From NCBI GenBank assembly GCA_963720465.1, contig OY970393.1, positions 576,001-640,000 on the forward strand: 64,000 nucleotides of DNA, given 5' to 3'. Every line of letters starts with the position of its first letter. Positions within the stretch are counted from its first letter, which is position 1. This document shows positions 29,514 to 39,946 of this stretch, one piece after another. Position numbers and translations under genes: made by a program. This DNA comes from Methanobacteriota archaeon (lineage in GTDB: Archaea; Halobacteriota; Bog-38; Methanoflorentales; Methanoflorentaceae). The notes beneath the pieces are model-generated. The model had not been told where the DNA came from. It saw only the letters and a program-made list of their open reading frames with translations, and did not search any database.

Positions 29514-29741
29514 CCGGTCGCCTCTCGCACGAGTGCCGTTAGTGAACAAAGTCGTTCTATTGTATCGTCGCTAAACAATAAAACCTGTGTTTTTGTGACG
29601 CGTCGCGGTTGCACGCGGACTCAGCCCCTTCCGGATGCGAATCACTAGCGCTGCGTTACGTGTGACTTCAGCACGCCTAACAGCGCACTTACAAAGCCAC
29701 AAAACATATAAACACAGTTGAGTCTTAGTTGATGTCGAAGC

Positions 29742-30110
29742 ATGGCAAAAACTAAAGAAAAAGCTGCCCCTAAAACTGAAAAAAAGGGTGCCGCGCAAAA
29801 GGCTACAAAAAAAGTTCCGGCAAAAACCGATGAAAAGAAAGAACAAGAAAAACAGACAAAGCACGTTGAAGGCATCAAAAAGACGTTACTTTCGTCACTG
29901 CTCGGCATTGCCGGGGGAGTTCTTTCGTACTATGCGCCCCCTTACGGCATTTTGATACTTCTTGTAGCGGTATATGCCCAGAGGCTCGCCCTGCCTCGCA
30001 TTCAGATTGATACGAAGGAATATCGTTTTACAGACTGGTTTTTCCTTGTGTTTATGACGTTCGCTTTCTGGTTTGTCAGCTGGACGATATTGTTGAACCG
30101 GCCAGCCTAG
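29742..30110 (+). CDS. EMC6-like archaeal membrane protein
   Basis: Lys-rich N-terminus, three hydrophobic segments, DW..LVFMTFAFWFVSWTILL; upstream of ABCE1. Confidence 0.65.
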   Translation: MAKTKEKAAPKTEKKGAAQKATKKVPAKTDEKKEQEKQTKHVEGIKKTLLSSLLGIAGGVLSYYAPPYGILILLVAVYAQRLALPRIQIDTKEYRFTDWFFLVFMTFAFWFVSWTILLNRPA

Positions 30111-30138
30111 GCATAATGAGAGGAGCGGCCTCGCGACG

Positions 30139-31899
30139 ATGAGAATAGCGGTGCTAAAAAGGGAGAGCTGCCGCAGCAAAAAATGCGGCACAGAGTGCGT
30201 GCGTTTTTGTCCTCGGGTCAGAACAGGTGACGAAACGATAATCATTGGGCCCGACGGCAAACCCGTCATTTCAGAAGAGCTTTGCGTAGGGTGCGGCATT
30301 TGCATCAAGAAATGTCCATTTGATGCGATAACGATCGTCAGTTTGCCCGAAGAGCTAGAGCAGCCCACCCATCGTTACGGCATCAACGGTTTTGCTCTTT
30401 ACGGGCTTGCAATTCCACGAGGTGGCCGCGTAACTGGCATTCTTGGACCAAATGGGATAGGCAAAACAACAATAATCAACATTCTCTCAGGCGAGATCAA
30501 GCCAAATTTTGGCCAAGACCACATTAGCGAGGAGGACGTCCTAGAGCACTACTCGGGAACTGAGCTGCACGATTATTTAAAGCGCGTTTACGAAGGCACG
30601 CTACGAACGGCGAGCAAACCGCAGTATGTTGACCTTATCCCTCGCGCGTACGCGGGTAAGGTCGCCGACCTCATAGACAAGGCCGACGAACGCGGCATAA
30701 GTGGCGAACTATTCGATCAACTTGAGCTCGAGGACGTCAGGGAGCGCGAGGTACGACATTTGAGTGGCGGTGAACTGCAACGCCTCGCTATCGCAGCCAC
30801 CATCGCTCGCGATGCCGATTTCTACTTTTTCGACGAACTGACACCGTATCTTGATATTTATCAGCGCGTCAACATCGCGCGAACGATTCGGGCGCTTGCA
30901 AAGCAAAAAAACGTCTTGGTCGTTGAGCACGATCTCGCTATCCTTGATTTGCTAGCAGATATCGTTTATGTCGCTTTTGGCGAACCTGGAGCATACGGCG
31001 TCATTACCAATCCGAAAGGAGTCAGAGTTGGCATTAATGAATACCTCAAGGGGTATCTTCGAGAAGAGAATGTTCGAATCAGAAAAGATCCGATCAAATT
31101 TGAACTCCACGCACCCCGCCTCGACACCGATGTGCGCATCCTGGCGCACGTCGAACGGCTCAAAAAGAGCTACGATTCATTCACGTTTGAGGCAAAAGGC
31201 GGCGAGCTTACAAAAGGTGTAATCGGCATAATGGGTGCTAATGGCACCGGAAAAACAACATTCGTAAAGTTGCTCGCAGGGGTCATCGAACCGGACGAAG
31301 GAAAGGTGGACGTCGAAGTTAAAACTTCTTACAAACCACAATATGTTACGGCAAAAGACAATTCAGGAGAAAACGTCGGCTCTCTGCTGAGAGCGATCAC
31401 CGACTCCTACGACACGAGTTACTACCGAACTGAAATCCTTAGGCCGCTGCAGCTCGAACACATTCTAGAGCGCTCTCTTGACAATTTGAGTGGCGGTGAA
31501 CTCCAACGGGTGGCCATCGCAGCGTGCCTGAGCCGCGATGCTAGCCTTTTCATGCTCGATGAGCCGAGTGCGCATCTCGATGTAGAGCAACGCGCACTGG
31601 CCACGAGTCTGATTCGGCGCTTCACCGAGAACAAGAAGGTGGGCACGCTTCTTGTTGATCACGATATCTATATGATCGACCTCGCCAGTGAGCGATTGAT
31701 GGTTTTTACCGGAGACCCTGGCGTGCGTGGCGCATCAGAGGGTCCTTTTGACATGCACGAAGGGATGAACCGCTTCTTGAAAGACATCGGAATCACGTTC
31801 CGAAGAGATCAAGATACCCATCGCCCGAGGGTAAACAAAATCGCTTCTAAGTTGGACCGCCAACAACGCGAAGACGGAGAATACTACTATCCGGAGTAG
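30139..31899 (+). CDS. rli: Ribosome recycling ATPase ABCE1/RLI
   Basis: N-terminal Fe-S domain (CVGCGICIKKCPF), two ABC domains (GPNGIGKT, GANGTGKT, LSGGELQR x2), C-terminal GEYYY. Confidence 0.97.
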   Translation: MRIAVLKRESCRSKKCGTECVRFCPRVRTGDETIIIGPDGKPVISEELCVGCGICIKKCPFDAITIVSLPEELEQPTHRYGINGFALYGLAIPRGGRVTGILGPNGIGKTTIINILSGEIKPNFGQDHISEEDVLEHYSGTELHDYLKRVYEGTLRTASKPQYVDLIPRAYAGKVADLIDKADERGISGELFDQLELEDVREREVRHLSGGELQRLAIAATIARDADFYFFDELTPYLDIYQRVNIARTIRALAKQKNVLVVEHDLAILDLLADIVYVAFGEPGAYGVITNPKGVRVGINEYLKGYLREENVRIRKDPIKFELHAPRLDTDVRILAHVERLKKSYDSFTFEAKGGELTKGVIGIMGANGTGKTTFVKLLAGVIEPDEGKVDVEVKTSYKPQYVTAKDNSGENVGSLLRAITDSYDTSYYRTEILRPLQLEHILERSLDNLSGGELQRVAIAACLSRDASLFMLDEPSAHLDVEQRALATSLIRRFTENKKVGTLLVDHDIYMIDLASERLMVFTGDPGVRGASEGPFDMHEGMNRFLKDIGITFRRDQDTHRPRVNKIASKLDRQQREDGEYYYPE

Positions 31900-31937
31900 C
31901 CGTTCCGCCTTTCGGAGCGGAAGGGTTTCGTAAGCAC

Positions 31938-32714
31938 ATGGTACTGCCAAACGACCTTTATGATCTGAACACGCCAGCAGGCATCCTGTTGAGAGTCTTG
32001 CTCTTCGCAGCAATCACCATCATCGCGGCCAGGGTGATTGAGACGTTTCTGGATCGGTACTTGCGCCAGGCTGCGATAAGACTGAGAGTAAGCGCCACCA
32101 AGTACATTGCTCTTCGACGGCTTGTCATCGCGGCAGTCTACGTAACCGGCCTCATCATTATAATCGAATCAACGCCGCAGCTACAATCGCTGTCTATCGC
32201 TATTTTTGCTAGCGTCAGCATTGTCGGCATCGTCATCGGAATCGCCGCCCAAAGCACCATTTCGAATATCATCGCAGGAGTCGCTATTGTCATATCCAAA
32301 CCATTTGGAGTTGGTGATTTTGTTACCGTGCGCGGAGAATCCGGCTTTGTAGAGGACATCACCTTCAGGCATACCGTTATTCGCCTCCTCGATGCCCACA
32401 TGATCATTCCGAATTCATCGATAACGAGCGACGTCGTTTTCAACCACTCTGATTCTACCATAGCAGCTCGAATAGATATTCGCATTTCCTACGATTCAGA
32501 CTTGCGCCTAGCAAAGCAGATCATTCGGCACGAAGCGGAAAAAGCAGCAGCGATCAACCAGCAGACAATTGAAGTGATTGTATCAAAAACAGATGAACAA
32601 GGGGTCACGTTTTCGCTCTTCTTCAGGTTGGAAGAGTCACCTTTCAATTGCGTAAGCGACCTCCGCGAAGCAATCGTTCTCCGACTTTTGAGCGAGCACG
32701 TGACGATCAGTTAA
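31938..32714 (+). CDS. mscS: Small-conductance mechanosensitive channel family protein
   Basis: IGIAAQSTISNIIAG, PFGVGDFV, G.VEDITFRHT, IPNS. Confidence 0.9.
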   Translation: MVLPNDLYDLNTPAGILLRVLLFAAITIIAARVIETFLDRYLRQAAIRLRVSATKYIALRRLVIAAVYVTGLIIIIESTPQLQSLSIAIFASVSIVGIVIGIAAQSTISNIIAGVAIVISKPFGVGDFVTVRGESGFVEDITFRHTVIRLLDAHMIIPNSSITSDVVFNHSDSTIAARIDIRISYDSDLRLAKQIIRHEAEKAAAINQQTIEVIVSKTDEQGVTFSLFFRLEESPFNCVSDLREAIVLRLLSEHVTIS

Positions 32715-32795
32715 CCTCTATTCGATCGAGAAGCCGTTTTCGTCGCCCAGCCGCAACGGTTCAGCTGAAGGGTCGATGAGAACTGATTCTAAATT

Positions 32796-34112
32796 TCACA
32801 AGAGCAACAGATAGATAATCACCGCTGCAATAGCGCCGGCAGCAGTCGCCAAGAAATTGACCGAGCTGTTAGTCAAATAGTGCCGCCTTTCTAATACCGC
32901 CCCCAAAACGCTGTCAAAGTTGGCTCCAAAAAAACCGCCGAGAATGACAGGAACCGCCATGCTGAAGGCTGCAAGTCCAAGCGCAACACCGATAATCGCT
33001 ATCGCTCCAGCTCCGGCCAGGGCAGAGTACTCTCCCAGCGTCGTTATCCCACCGTCGGTACCGTGCGGTACCCGCCTCAGGTCGGTGATCAACCGCGGCA
33101 GCTTCTTGTGGGTCTGTCCGATCTCGCTCGCGAGGGTATCACCTGTGGCTGTCGCTACGGCACCAATGTACGCGACGACAAATAGCGCGTTGCCCGTGAT
33201 CCCGAAAGCGATGGCACAAATAAGCGCCACAAGTCCATTTCCAAAGACATTCCCATACCCCCGCGCGCCACCCCCCTCTTGCGCGATGCCGATAGCGCGC
33301 TTATAATCGTACTTGTATTTCGTAAAAATTCCGCCAATGACGAAGAACGAGAGGATGAGCACAAACCACCGAAAGTCCGTGAAAGAGACTATAAGGAGGC
33401 CCATCAGAATGCCGCTGAGAACTCCTGAGATGTCTGCCAATCTGACCCGCCCGAGGGCGTAGCCGATGAGTATCATGAAGAGGAGGGTCAAAAGAAGTCG
33501 TAGCACCGGCACTGAGTAGTCGACTCCGACGAAGAACCATATAGCAAAGCCGATACCGAGTGGCACGACCACATTCTCTTCTATGTCGTGCAAAATGGTC
33601 CGCAATAGTGCTCCCACAAGCGCGCCGATCATAGCAATAAAAAGCAAGAAGTCCGCCGAAGTGTTCACGCCCGTGAACGTAGCAGCAGCCCCTCCAACCA
33701 GAAGCCCAAAAAACCCGCCTGACAGTATGAAAATCAAACTGCTGGTTAAGCCGCCGTACGATTCAAAGAGCACAGCTAGAACTTCAGCCAACGTTACAAT
33801 TATGATAACGTCGCTCACTACATACAGTGGCAAGCTAGAGACTACGCTAAATATGCACAACGCCGTCAAAGATAAGGTGAGAGCTAGTGGCTTGATAAGC
33901 ACTTCAGATTTTCGATCCGGCACCGTTGCGAGCAGCATGAAAACGTGCATCTTGGGGTTAACGAGAGCAATCAACAAAGATAAAAACAAAAAGAAGAAAA
34001 GGGATCCCGTGCTCCCCAAGAACGGAACAACCAGGGCGACCAACCCAAAACTCGCGCGAAGTGTCAGTCTGCGTGCTTCAACAATGTTCACGCTAATCCC
34101 CTTTTGGTTCAC
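32796..34112 (-). CDS. DUF92 / TIGR00297 membrane protein
   Basis: Polytopic; RGYGNVFGNG, ATGDTLASEIG, GTDGGIT, DSVLGA, VNFLAT. Confidence 0.88.
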   Translation of the reverse strand: MNQKGISVNIVEARRLTLRASFGLVALVVPFLGSTGSLFFFLFLSLLIALVNPKMHVFMLLATVPDRKSEVLIKPLALTLSLTALCIFSVVSSLPLYVVSDVIIIVTLAEVLAVLFESYGGLTSSLIFILSGGFFGLLVGGAAATFTGVNTSADFLLFIAMIGALVGALLRTILHDIEENVVVPLGIGFAIWFFVGVDYSVPVLRLLLTLLFMILIGYALGRVRLADISGVLSGILMGLLIVSFTDFRWFVLILSFFVIGGIFTKYKYDYKRAIGIAQEGGGARGYGNVFGNGLVALICAIAFGITGNALFVVAYIGAVATATGDTLASEIGQTHKKLPRLITDLRRVPHGTDGGITTLGEYSALAGAGAIAIIGVALGLAAFSMAVPVILGGFFGANFDSVLGAVLERRHYLTNSSVNFLATAAGAIAAVIIYLLLL

Positions 34113-34185
34113 GCTGGAAGTACTTTACGTTTGCGTCGGTCAGCTAGAGAGTAGATAAAGCTGCAAAACTGAGAAAGGACAAAGG

Positions 34186-34824
34186 ATGATCTCAAACCTT
34201 TACGAACGACGACTTCTCGATCAGATTCGAGAAGTACCGCGACACGTGGCACTCATCATCGCCGAAAAGGATCTCGATACCGCCGACGCTTACAAGAGGA
34301 TTGGCGCCTTCGCCTCGTGGTGCAACGAGATTGGTATAAGTCGCGTGACCATCTACATAAACATGCTGCGCTTTGGAGAAGAGGTAAATCAACGACTGCG
34401 GTCGCAGATCGTCCAAAGGATTACTAACTATCTTCAATCTACGTCAGTGGCCGCCACTATCTACTCACCTGACGCTCCTGAAACGATTAGCCGCGAGGAA
34501 ACCCCTGTTATGAGCATCTCGATCGGATATGGAGGCAAAAAAGAGCTAGTCGATGCCATTCGGTCGATAGCGCAAGAGGTCCGGAACAAGGAGCTATGTG
34601 CTGACGAGATATCCGAGGACACTATTAGCTCGCATCTCATTTTCAAGGAAGAGCCTGAACTCGTTATACGCACGGGCGAGAATCGTTTGACCGATTTCTT
34701 GATATGGCAAGCGGTTTATTCTGAATTGTACTTTACCGAAGTCAACTGGGCGAATTTCAGAAGAATGGATTTGCTCAGGGCCATCCGCGACTATCAAAAA
34801 AGACAACGACGGCACGGGGTGTGA
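34186..34824 (+). CDS. Non-catalytic cis-prenyltransferase subunit (UppS-like, Nus1/NgBR type)
   Basis: PRHVALIIAEKDL (no DGNRR), RLTDFLIWQAVYSELYF, C-terminal RRHG (RXG motif). Confidence 0.85.
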   Translation: MISNLYERRLLDQIREVPRHVALIIAEKDLDTADAYKRIGAFASWCNEIGISRVTIYINMLRFGEEVNQRLRSQIVQRITNYLQSTSVAATIYSPDAPETISREETPVMSISIGYGGKKELVDAIRSIAQEVRNKELCADEISEDTISSHLIFKEEPELVIRTGENRLTDFLIWQAVYSELYFTEVNWANFRRMDLLRAIRDYQKRQRRHGV

Positions 34825-34951
34825 AGGCGCGACGGCCTATCTGTAGCGCACATCCGATTTCGACCGTCGACAATAACCACCACGCGAACAGGGAGCAGCC
34901 CGAGTAAACCTCTAACTTGACTGCTCTGAACTGCTAAGCTATGCAAACAGT

Positions 34952-35923
34952 ATGAATTTCGCAATCAAAGTGCTGACTTCGATCAGATTTGCAGTTGCTA
35001 CGATAGGCGTGATTATACTCGTCTCGGTTGTCGGTACACTTTACCCTGGTGGCGACATAGTTTTTGGAAGCCCTTTGTTTCTCGCTCTTATTGGGATCCT
35101 TGCGATATCAACCGCTCTGTGCAGCCTTACGAGGATCATTCCCTTGTGGCGCGATGTAAGACGACCTCAAGTAGAGGTAAGTGATCACTTCATTCAGGCG
35201 CTCCCGTACTCCGTGCACCTTTCGGGCGTCACGCTTACCCAAGTCAGAGACAGTTTGAAGGGCTACGTGATCCGCGAAACACGAACTGGGAAAACAACCT
35301 TTTTGTTTGCTCAGAAGGGGCGGGTCGGTAGATTCGGACCTCACATCGCGCATTTTGGAGTGTTAATACTATTGCTTGGCGTTGCCGTTGGAGCCGCTTA
35401 TGGAAATGCAAACCCATACAACAACAAAATTGCAGTCATTCAAAAAGGCGGTTCGCAGCAAGTTGATGGCTTCGCCTTGCGACTCGACGATTTTAACATC
35501 AGCTATTACAATAACGGTGCCGTACGAGACTACACGGCTACGGTAACCGTGCTAGATGGAAACCTTATCCAGACTTACAACGTCACAGTCAACGGGCCGC
35601 TGACGTACAAAGGGCTCACTTTCTACCTTTATGGGTACGGAGTGACACAGTCCGGAAACGCCTGGGTCGCGTTTCAAATCAAAAGCACGTCAGGACTCCC
35701 ATTCGTGTGGGTCGGAGCAGCGGTCGCATTAGTGGGGATAATGCTATCGCTTTACGTCCCACACAAGCGAATTTGGATCAAGGAGTCTGACCAGAGCACG
35801 CAGCTCGGCGCGATTAGTAACAAAAGCTCAGCAAGGTTTTTTAGGGAGATTGAGGACGTGCGCACAAAGCTGGAGAGCCACGCTCATAGAGTTGACGGAA
35901 CGACCAGATCAGAAGAAATATGA
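34952..35923 (+). CDS. resB: Cytochrome c biogenesis System II protein ResB/CcsB
   Basis: LTSIRFAV, TALCSLTR, LFAQKG...RFGPHIAHFG (TM-His), LRLDDF.I.YY, VNGPLTYKG.TFY, VWVG, YVPHKRIW. Confidence 0.9.
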   Translation: MNFAIKVLTSIRFAVATIGVIILVSVVGTLYPGGDIVFGSPLFLALIGILAISTALCSLTRIIPLWRDVRRPQVEVSDHFIQALPYSVHLSGVTLTQVRDSLKGYVIRETRTGKTTFLFAQKGRVGRFGPHIAHFGVLILLLGVAVGAAYGNANPYNNKIAVIQKGGSQQVDGFALRLDDFNISYYNNGAVRDYTATVTVLDGNLIQTYNVTVNGPLTYKGLTFYLYGYGVTQSGNAWVAFQIKSTSGLPFVWVGAAVALVGIMLSLYVPHKRIWIKESDQSTQLGAISNKSSARFFREIEDVRTKLESHAHRVDGTTRSEEI

Positions 35924-35951
35924 AGTAGCGTTGAACTGAGTGGAACGACCC

Positions 35952-37022
35952 ATGGACGCAGTAGCTCTTGAACATCTTGGATTCGAAATTGCACTTGGAA
36001 CCTATCTGATTTCGTCTATCCTTTTTATCCTATATTTTTCAATAAAAAAGCGACGACTCGCAGAGATGGGATTTACCCTAGCACTTTTTGGATTCGCATT
36101 TCAAACTCTTGCACTTGCGTCCCGATGGCTGTACGCGGGCTACCCTCCGTGGGTAAGCACCTATGAAGTGATGTCATTTTTTGCGTGGGCTGTCATGGGC
36201 GCCTATGTGATCTTGAACCTCAAATCTGACTATAAGAGTGCAGGAGTGCTGATCGCGCCGCTCGCATTCGTACTGCTCGGCTTCGCCTCTATGCAACCGA
36301 CAAACCCCGCTCCGCTTATCCCAGCACTGCAGAGCGTTTGGATCTTTATACACGTGCCAATCATTATTCTAGCGTACTGCGCATTCGTCATCGCTTTCGT
36401 AGCGAGTTTGCTGTATTTGTTCAAAGACAAACAGCTAACCGAGGCGCGTATGACAGAAGGCTTGAACCGTCAGAGAGACGTCGCCTCTAAGGACAACGCT
36501 CCGCCCTCAGGGACGCCCGCTTCGACGGGCATCCTTGCAAACTTCAGTCTGGAGCAGCTCGATGACTTAGCATATAAAAGCGTCGCAGTAGGATTTCCCC
36601 TCCTCACTATCGGCATAATAACCGGAGCGATTTGGGCTGAGAGCGCCTGGGGAAGCTACTGGAGCTGGGATCCCATAGAGACGTGGGCGCTGATCACATG
36701 GTTCGTATTTCTCATCTATTTGCACGCAAAAACACAGAACTGGAGCGCTTCTCTTGCCGCTTATATCGCCGCGTTTGGATTCATTTCGGCCATCTGCACG
36801 TTTCTTGGCGTCGGGTACGTCCTTCCGTTTCTCCAAACTTACATAAGCTTAAGTACCGGCTTACACGGGTATGCCGGCGGCGGCGCGATCAGCGGTACGG
36901 TGCTTTTCTGTGGGATTCTAGTCGCAGTGCTCTTACTGTTAATCGCGACGCGAAAAAAACCACCGAACGCCACGCGTGCGCCGCCAGCTCAAACAGACGC
37001 TGAATCTGGACCAACGCCTTAG
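35952..37022 (+). CDS. ccsA: Cytochrome c biogenesis System II heme exporter/synthase CcsA/ResC
   Basis: RWLYAGYPP.VSTYE, PLIPALQSVWIFIHV, GAIWAESAWGSYWSWDPIETW (WWD), IYLH, GLHGY. Confidence 0.93.
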   Translation: MDAVALEHLGFEIALGTYLISSILFILYFSIKKRRLAEMGFTLALFGFAFQTLALASRWLYAGYPPWVSTYEVMSFFAWAVMGAYVILNLKSDYKSAGVLIAPLAFVLLGFASMQPTNPAPLIPALQSVWIFIHVPIIILAYCAFVIAFVASLLYLFKDKQLTEARMTEGLNRQRDVASKDNAPPSGTPASTGILANFSLEQLDDLAYKSVAVGFPLLTIGIITGAIWAESAWGSYWSWDPIETWALITWFVFLIYLHAKTQNWSASLAAYIAAFGFISAICTFLGVGYVLPFLQTYISLSTGLHGYAGGGAISGTVLFCGILVAVLLLLIATRKKPPNATRAPPAQTDAESGPTP

Positions 37023-37612
37023 TCACACAGCTTGTTCTTGTTTAATATTTCAACGTCTTCTAAGCTGTTAATGTTCACGAAAGTGCACAAACCGGGGTCT
37101 ATGAGGCGGATCTCATCTTTTGGAACGTAGTTAACCTGGAGCTGATCAACGACGTACATTATAGCCCCCTTACGCCTCTGGATCGCCACCTTCGCCGCCC
37201 GAATCGTCGTTTCACGCCTGTATACCGCGTGCAATGGTTCCGGCGGATACGGAATAGCTACGTCATACCCTACCGCCCTATGAAACAGCAAGTCGACGAC
37301 ATCGGCCTTTATAAAAGGCATATCGCAGGCAGCGACAAATGCGTATTGAGAGCTGGACGCACTTAACCCGCTGCAAATACCCGCCACAGGGCCGAAATCT
37401 CGAACCTGGTCGCGCACGATGGTGACTCCGGTGAGGTGCAGCTTCTTTTGCTGCTCCTCATCTCTCGCAACAACGATAATCTCGTCAACGCAGCCCGAGA
37501 ACGTTTCGATAATGTGGTTCAGTATCGGTTTTCCGCGCAGTTCAAGCAGCGCCTTTTCGGCAAAATTGAGTCTGGAACCTTTGCCTCCCGCAAGTATGAC
37601 CGCAGTTCTCAT
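37019..37612 (-). CDS. mobA: Molybdenum cofactor guanylyltransferase
   Basis: ILAGGKGSR, EKALL, GPVAGI, ACDMPF, EPLHAVY, FVNINS. Confidence 0.92.
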   Translation of the reverse strand: MRTAVILAGGKGSRLNFAEKALLELRGKPILNHIIETFSGCVDEIIVVARDEEQQKKLHLTGVTIVRDQVRDFGPVAGICSGLSASSSQYAFVAACDMPFIKADVVDLLFHRAVGYDVAIPYPPEPLHAVYRRETTIRAAKVAIQRRKGAIMYVVDQLQVNYVPKDEIRLIDPGLCTFVNINSLEDVEILNKNKLCD

Positions 37613-38601
37613 CAGTCGTTATTAGCTTTGATTCCCGGGACAAAGTCTCGCAGGATCTCCCCTACTTCTTCGTGAGTAATGACGCAAGCTTTTCGTGAGA
37701 GTCTGAATACCTCTTCCACTTCGACTTTGCCTATCTCGTTGAGAAAAGAGAATGCGCGCTGAACGATGCTGATTCTGCGCTCGCGCTCCCTCTCTTGAAA
37801 TGTCCGGATAGCTCTGAGAAGATCAATTCTTCGAAATTCCGGCCAATATGGGGCACAAAAATACGAACAACACTCGTTGCCACTCGCCTGCCACGGCAAG
37901 AAGTTCGACGTGCGCGCTTCGCCGCCTGATCGGATAATAAGATCAACATCAGCGAGTGCATTGTTGTTGTAGAAAAGCTTTGTGAGCATATCTTCATCGA
38001 TTTCGTCAACGCTTATGGTGTTGTTCTCCACCAGCGTAGCCAAGGACCGCACGACATCGACTATCTCCTTTCGCCCCCCATAAGCCAGAGCAAAGTTCAA
38101 GGAGTGCTTTCTGAAGTGACGCGTGGCTTCTTCCACGCGCTCGACGGACCTCAGCACGCCCTCGGGCAACAGCTCACGTTCTCCGATCACTCGGACCTGG
38201 ACCTCTTTTTGGTAGATTTGCTCTTCATTGTAGAGATCAGCAAACCTTTGTTCGAAAAGCGAGAACAACGGTACGAGCTCTTCTTTCGAGCGATGGTAGT
38301 TTTCGGTTGAAAAGGCATAAAGCGTCAATTGTTCGATTCCGAGATCCAGACACCACCACAAGACCCGCTCAGTCATCAACGCTCCATAAACGTGGCCATA
38401 CGCGCGTGGTTCGCCTACCTTGTCTGCATATCGTCGATTGCCATCCTGTATTATGGCGACGTGGTGGGGCATCTGGGCTGACCTCACCTCTCTGACCAAA
38501 AGCCGTTCGTAAGCTTTGTACAGTGAGTTATGCGCGTTTTGTCTGATCCACGACATAAAGCCTCTAAGACACGATATCCTCGGCAAGGGAGACAAGCCCA
38601 T
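37612..38601 (-). CDS. uppS: Catalytic cis-prenyltransferase (polyprenyl diphosphate synthase)
   Basis: PHHVAIIQDGNRRYA, YAFSTEN, AYGGR, IIRSGGEARTSNFLPWQ; start uncertain. Confidence 0.93.
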   Translation of the reverse strand: MGLSPLPRISCLRGFMSWIRQNAHNSLYKAYERLLVREVRSAQMPHHVAIIQDGNRRYADKVGEPRAYGHVYGALMTERVLWWCLDLGIEQLTLYAFSTENYHRSKEELVPLFSLFEQRFADLYNEEQIYQKEVQVRVIGERELLPEGVLRSVERVEEATRHFRKHSLNFALAYGGRKEIVDVVRSLATLVENNTISVDEIDEDMLTKLFYNNNALADVDLIIRSGGEARTSNFLPWQASGNECCSYFCAPYWPEFRRIDLLRAIRTFQERERERRISIVQRAFSFLNEIGKVEVEEVFRLSRKACVITHEEVGEILRDFVPGIKANND

Positions 38602-38905
38602 TTTCTTCGCTCAGGAGCGACCGAACGACGTCCTTGTATGAGTCTTTTAGCGAATAGACGTTGTGATTTTTTGTGACATCTATTCTGAAGATGCCCAATC
38701 GAGTATTCATAAGCCCTACCATGGCGGAAACTCCTCGATAGCTTACGTCGTACCCACCGTCCCTCAAATGTTGATAAACCTCCTCAGTTGTGAAGATGTG
38801 CTTTTCGAGAAACAGTTCAAGCACGGCCCTTCGCACCCCTTGCCCATCTCGCTCAAGATAATTCTTCAGTCGGTTCTCAACATTTTTGCCGTTCAGCGCA
38901 ATCAC
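38564..38905 (-). CDS. DUF2551-family winged-helix protein
   Basis: RLKNYLERD..GVRR, VSYRGVSAMVGLMNTRLGI. Confidence 0.75.
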   Translation of the reverse strand: MIALNGKNVENRLKNYLERDGQGVRRAVLELFLEKHIFTTEEVYQHLRDGGYDVSYRGVSAMVGLMNTRLGIFRIDVTKNHNVYSLKDSYKDVVRSLLSEENGLVSLAEDIVS

Positions 38906-38938
38906 ATCCGGGGCGATAGTAAGTCAGCGCGGAAGTAT

Positions 38939-39946
38939 TTACGTTTTCGGTTTTAAACAATAACTCAGGGGCGTTACTTCAACCACCGTCCCGTCCGGAT
39001 ACGTCTCTACGACGCGCGCTGCCTCGGCCAGCACCAGATTTTTTTTTGCAAGCTGTAGCGCTAATTGCCAAGACATGTGCACCTCGCCATCAACAATCGC
39101 GTAGTCGTCTTTAAGAATGCCTGAAAGACAATCGAAACTCGGCACCGACTCTACAACAGCAAATACGAGTGTACCGTCCTGGGTGACTTCATCGAACGGT
39201 CTAGCTAAACGCCGCGCTTTACGCTTAAATCGTTCTCTAAGCTGGACGCTGTCTTTTGATGCCGATGTACAGAAATACGTCGGCACCTCATCGTTCGCAA
39301 TCTCATCGGCCATCTTTCGGCTACCGACGGCGGCATAGCCAGATTCAACCGGGACAAAGCCTGCAGCGGTCATAGCCTTATAGTTTGTTTCAGAAAACTC
39401 GAGTTCATTAAGATTCAGGAAGCCGGAAACCTCTTTGAGAGCGTTTAAAATCGCAGGGACGGGCTTGATGGCTGGAATCTCGACGCCAGCCTCCAAACCG
39501 AGTGTCTTGGCATATTTAAGCGCCTCGCAATATTGAGAGGATGCAAAGTTGTTCCACTCCTCGATCGGTGGATGAATGCGGATTTCATCCAATCCTGCAC
39601 GAGCAAGCACGCGGAGAGTGTGCCCCGAGGGAGCAAGAGAGCTGTAAAGGTGAATATGGTGCTGCGGTCCGAACTCACTTTTCAAGAGTTTCATGTAATG
39701 TAGGACTCTCGCGAGAGCCAACAACGGTTCGCCCCCGGTGATACCTGTCCCGAGCGCGTCCATGGAACGTGCCTCTACTATAAGATCAGTATCGCATTTC
39801 ACGAAACGCTCATTCGCATATACAGCGTCTTTTCCCTTCCTGTGTTCAGACAAAGGACAATAAAAACAGCTCCTATAGCATAAGCCGGTGACAAAAAGCA
39901 CCATCTTCGCGCCAAGCTGGCATAACTCGCATCCTTTGCTATACAC
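38939..39946 (-). CDS. Radical SAM protein (COG2108-like)
   Basis: KGCELCQLGAKMVLF, CYRSCFYCP, GITGGEPL, LNELEFSETN. Confidence 0.9.
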   Translation of the reverse strand: MYSKGCELCQLGAKMVLFVTGLCYRSCFYCPLSEHRKGKDAVYANERFVKCDTDLIVEARSMDALGTGITGGEPLLALARVLHYMKLLKSEFGPQHHIHLYSSLAPSGHTLRVLARAGLDEIRIHPPIEEWNNFASSQYCEALKYAKTLGLEAGVEIPAIKPVPAILNALKEVSGFLNLNELEFSETNYKAMTAAGFVPVESGYAAVGSRKMADEIANDEVPTYFCTSASKDSVQLRERFKRKARRLARPFDEVTQDGTLVFAVVESVPSFDCLSGILKDDYAIVDGEVHMSWQLALQLAKKNLVLAEAARVVETYPDGTVVEVTPLSYCLKPKT

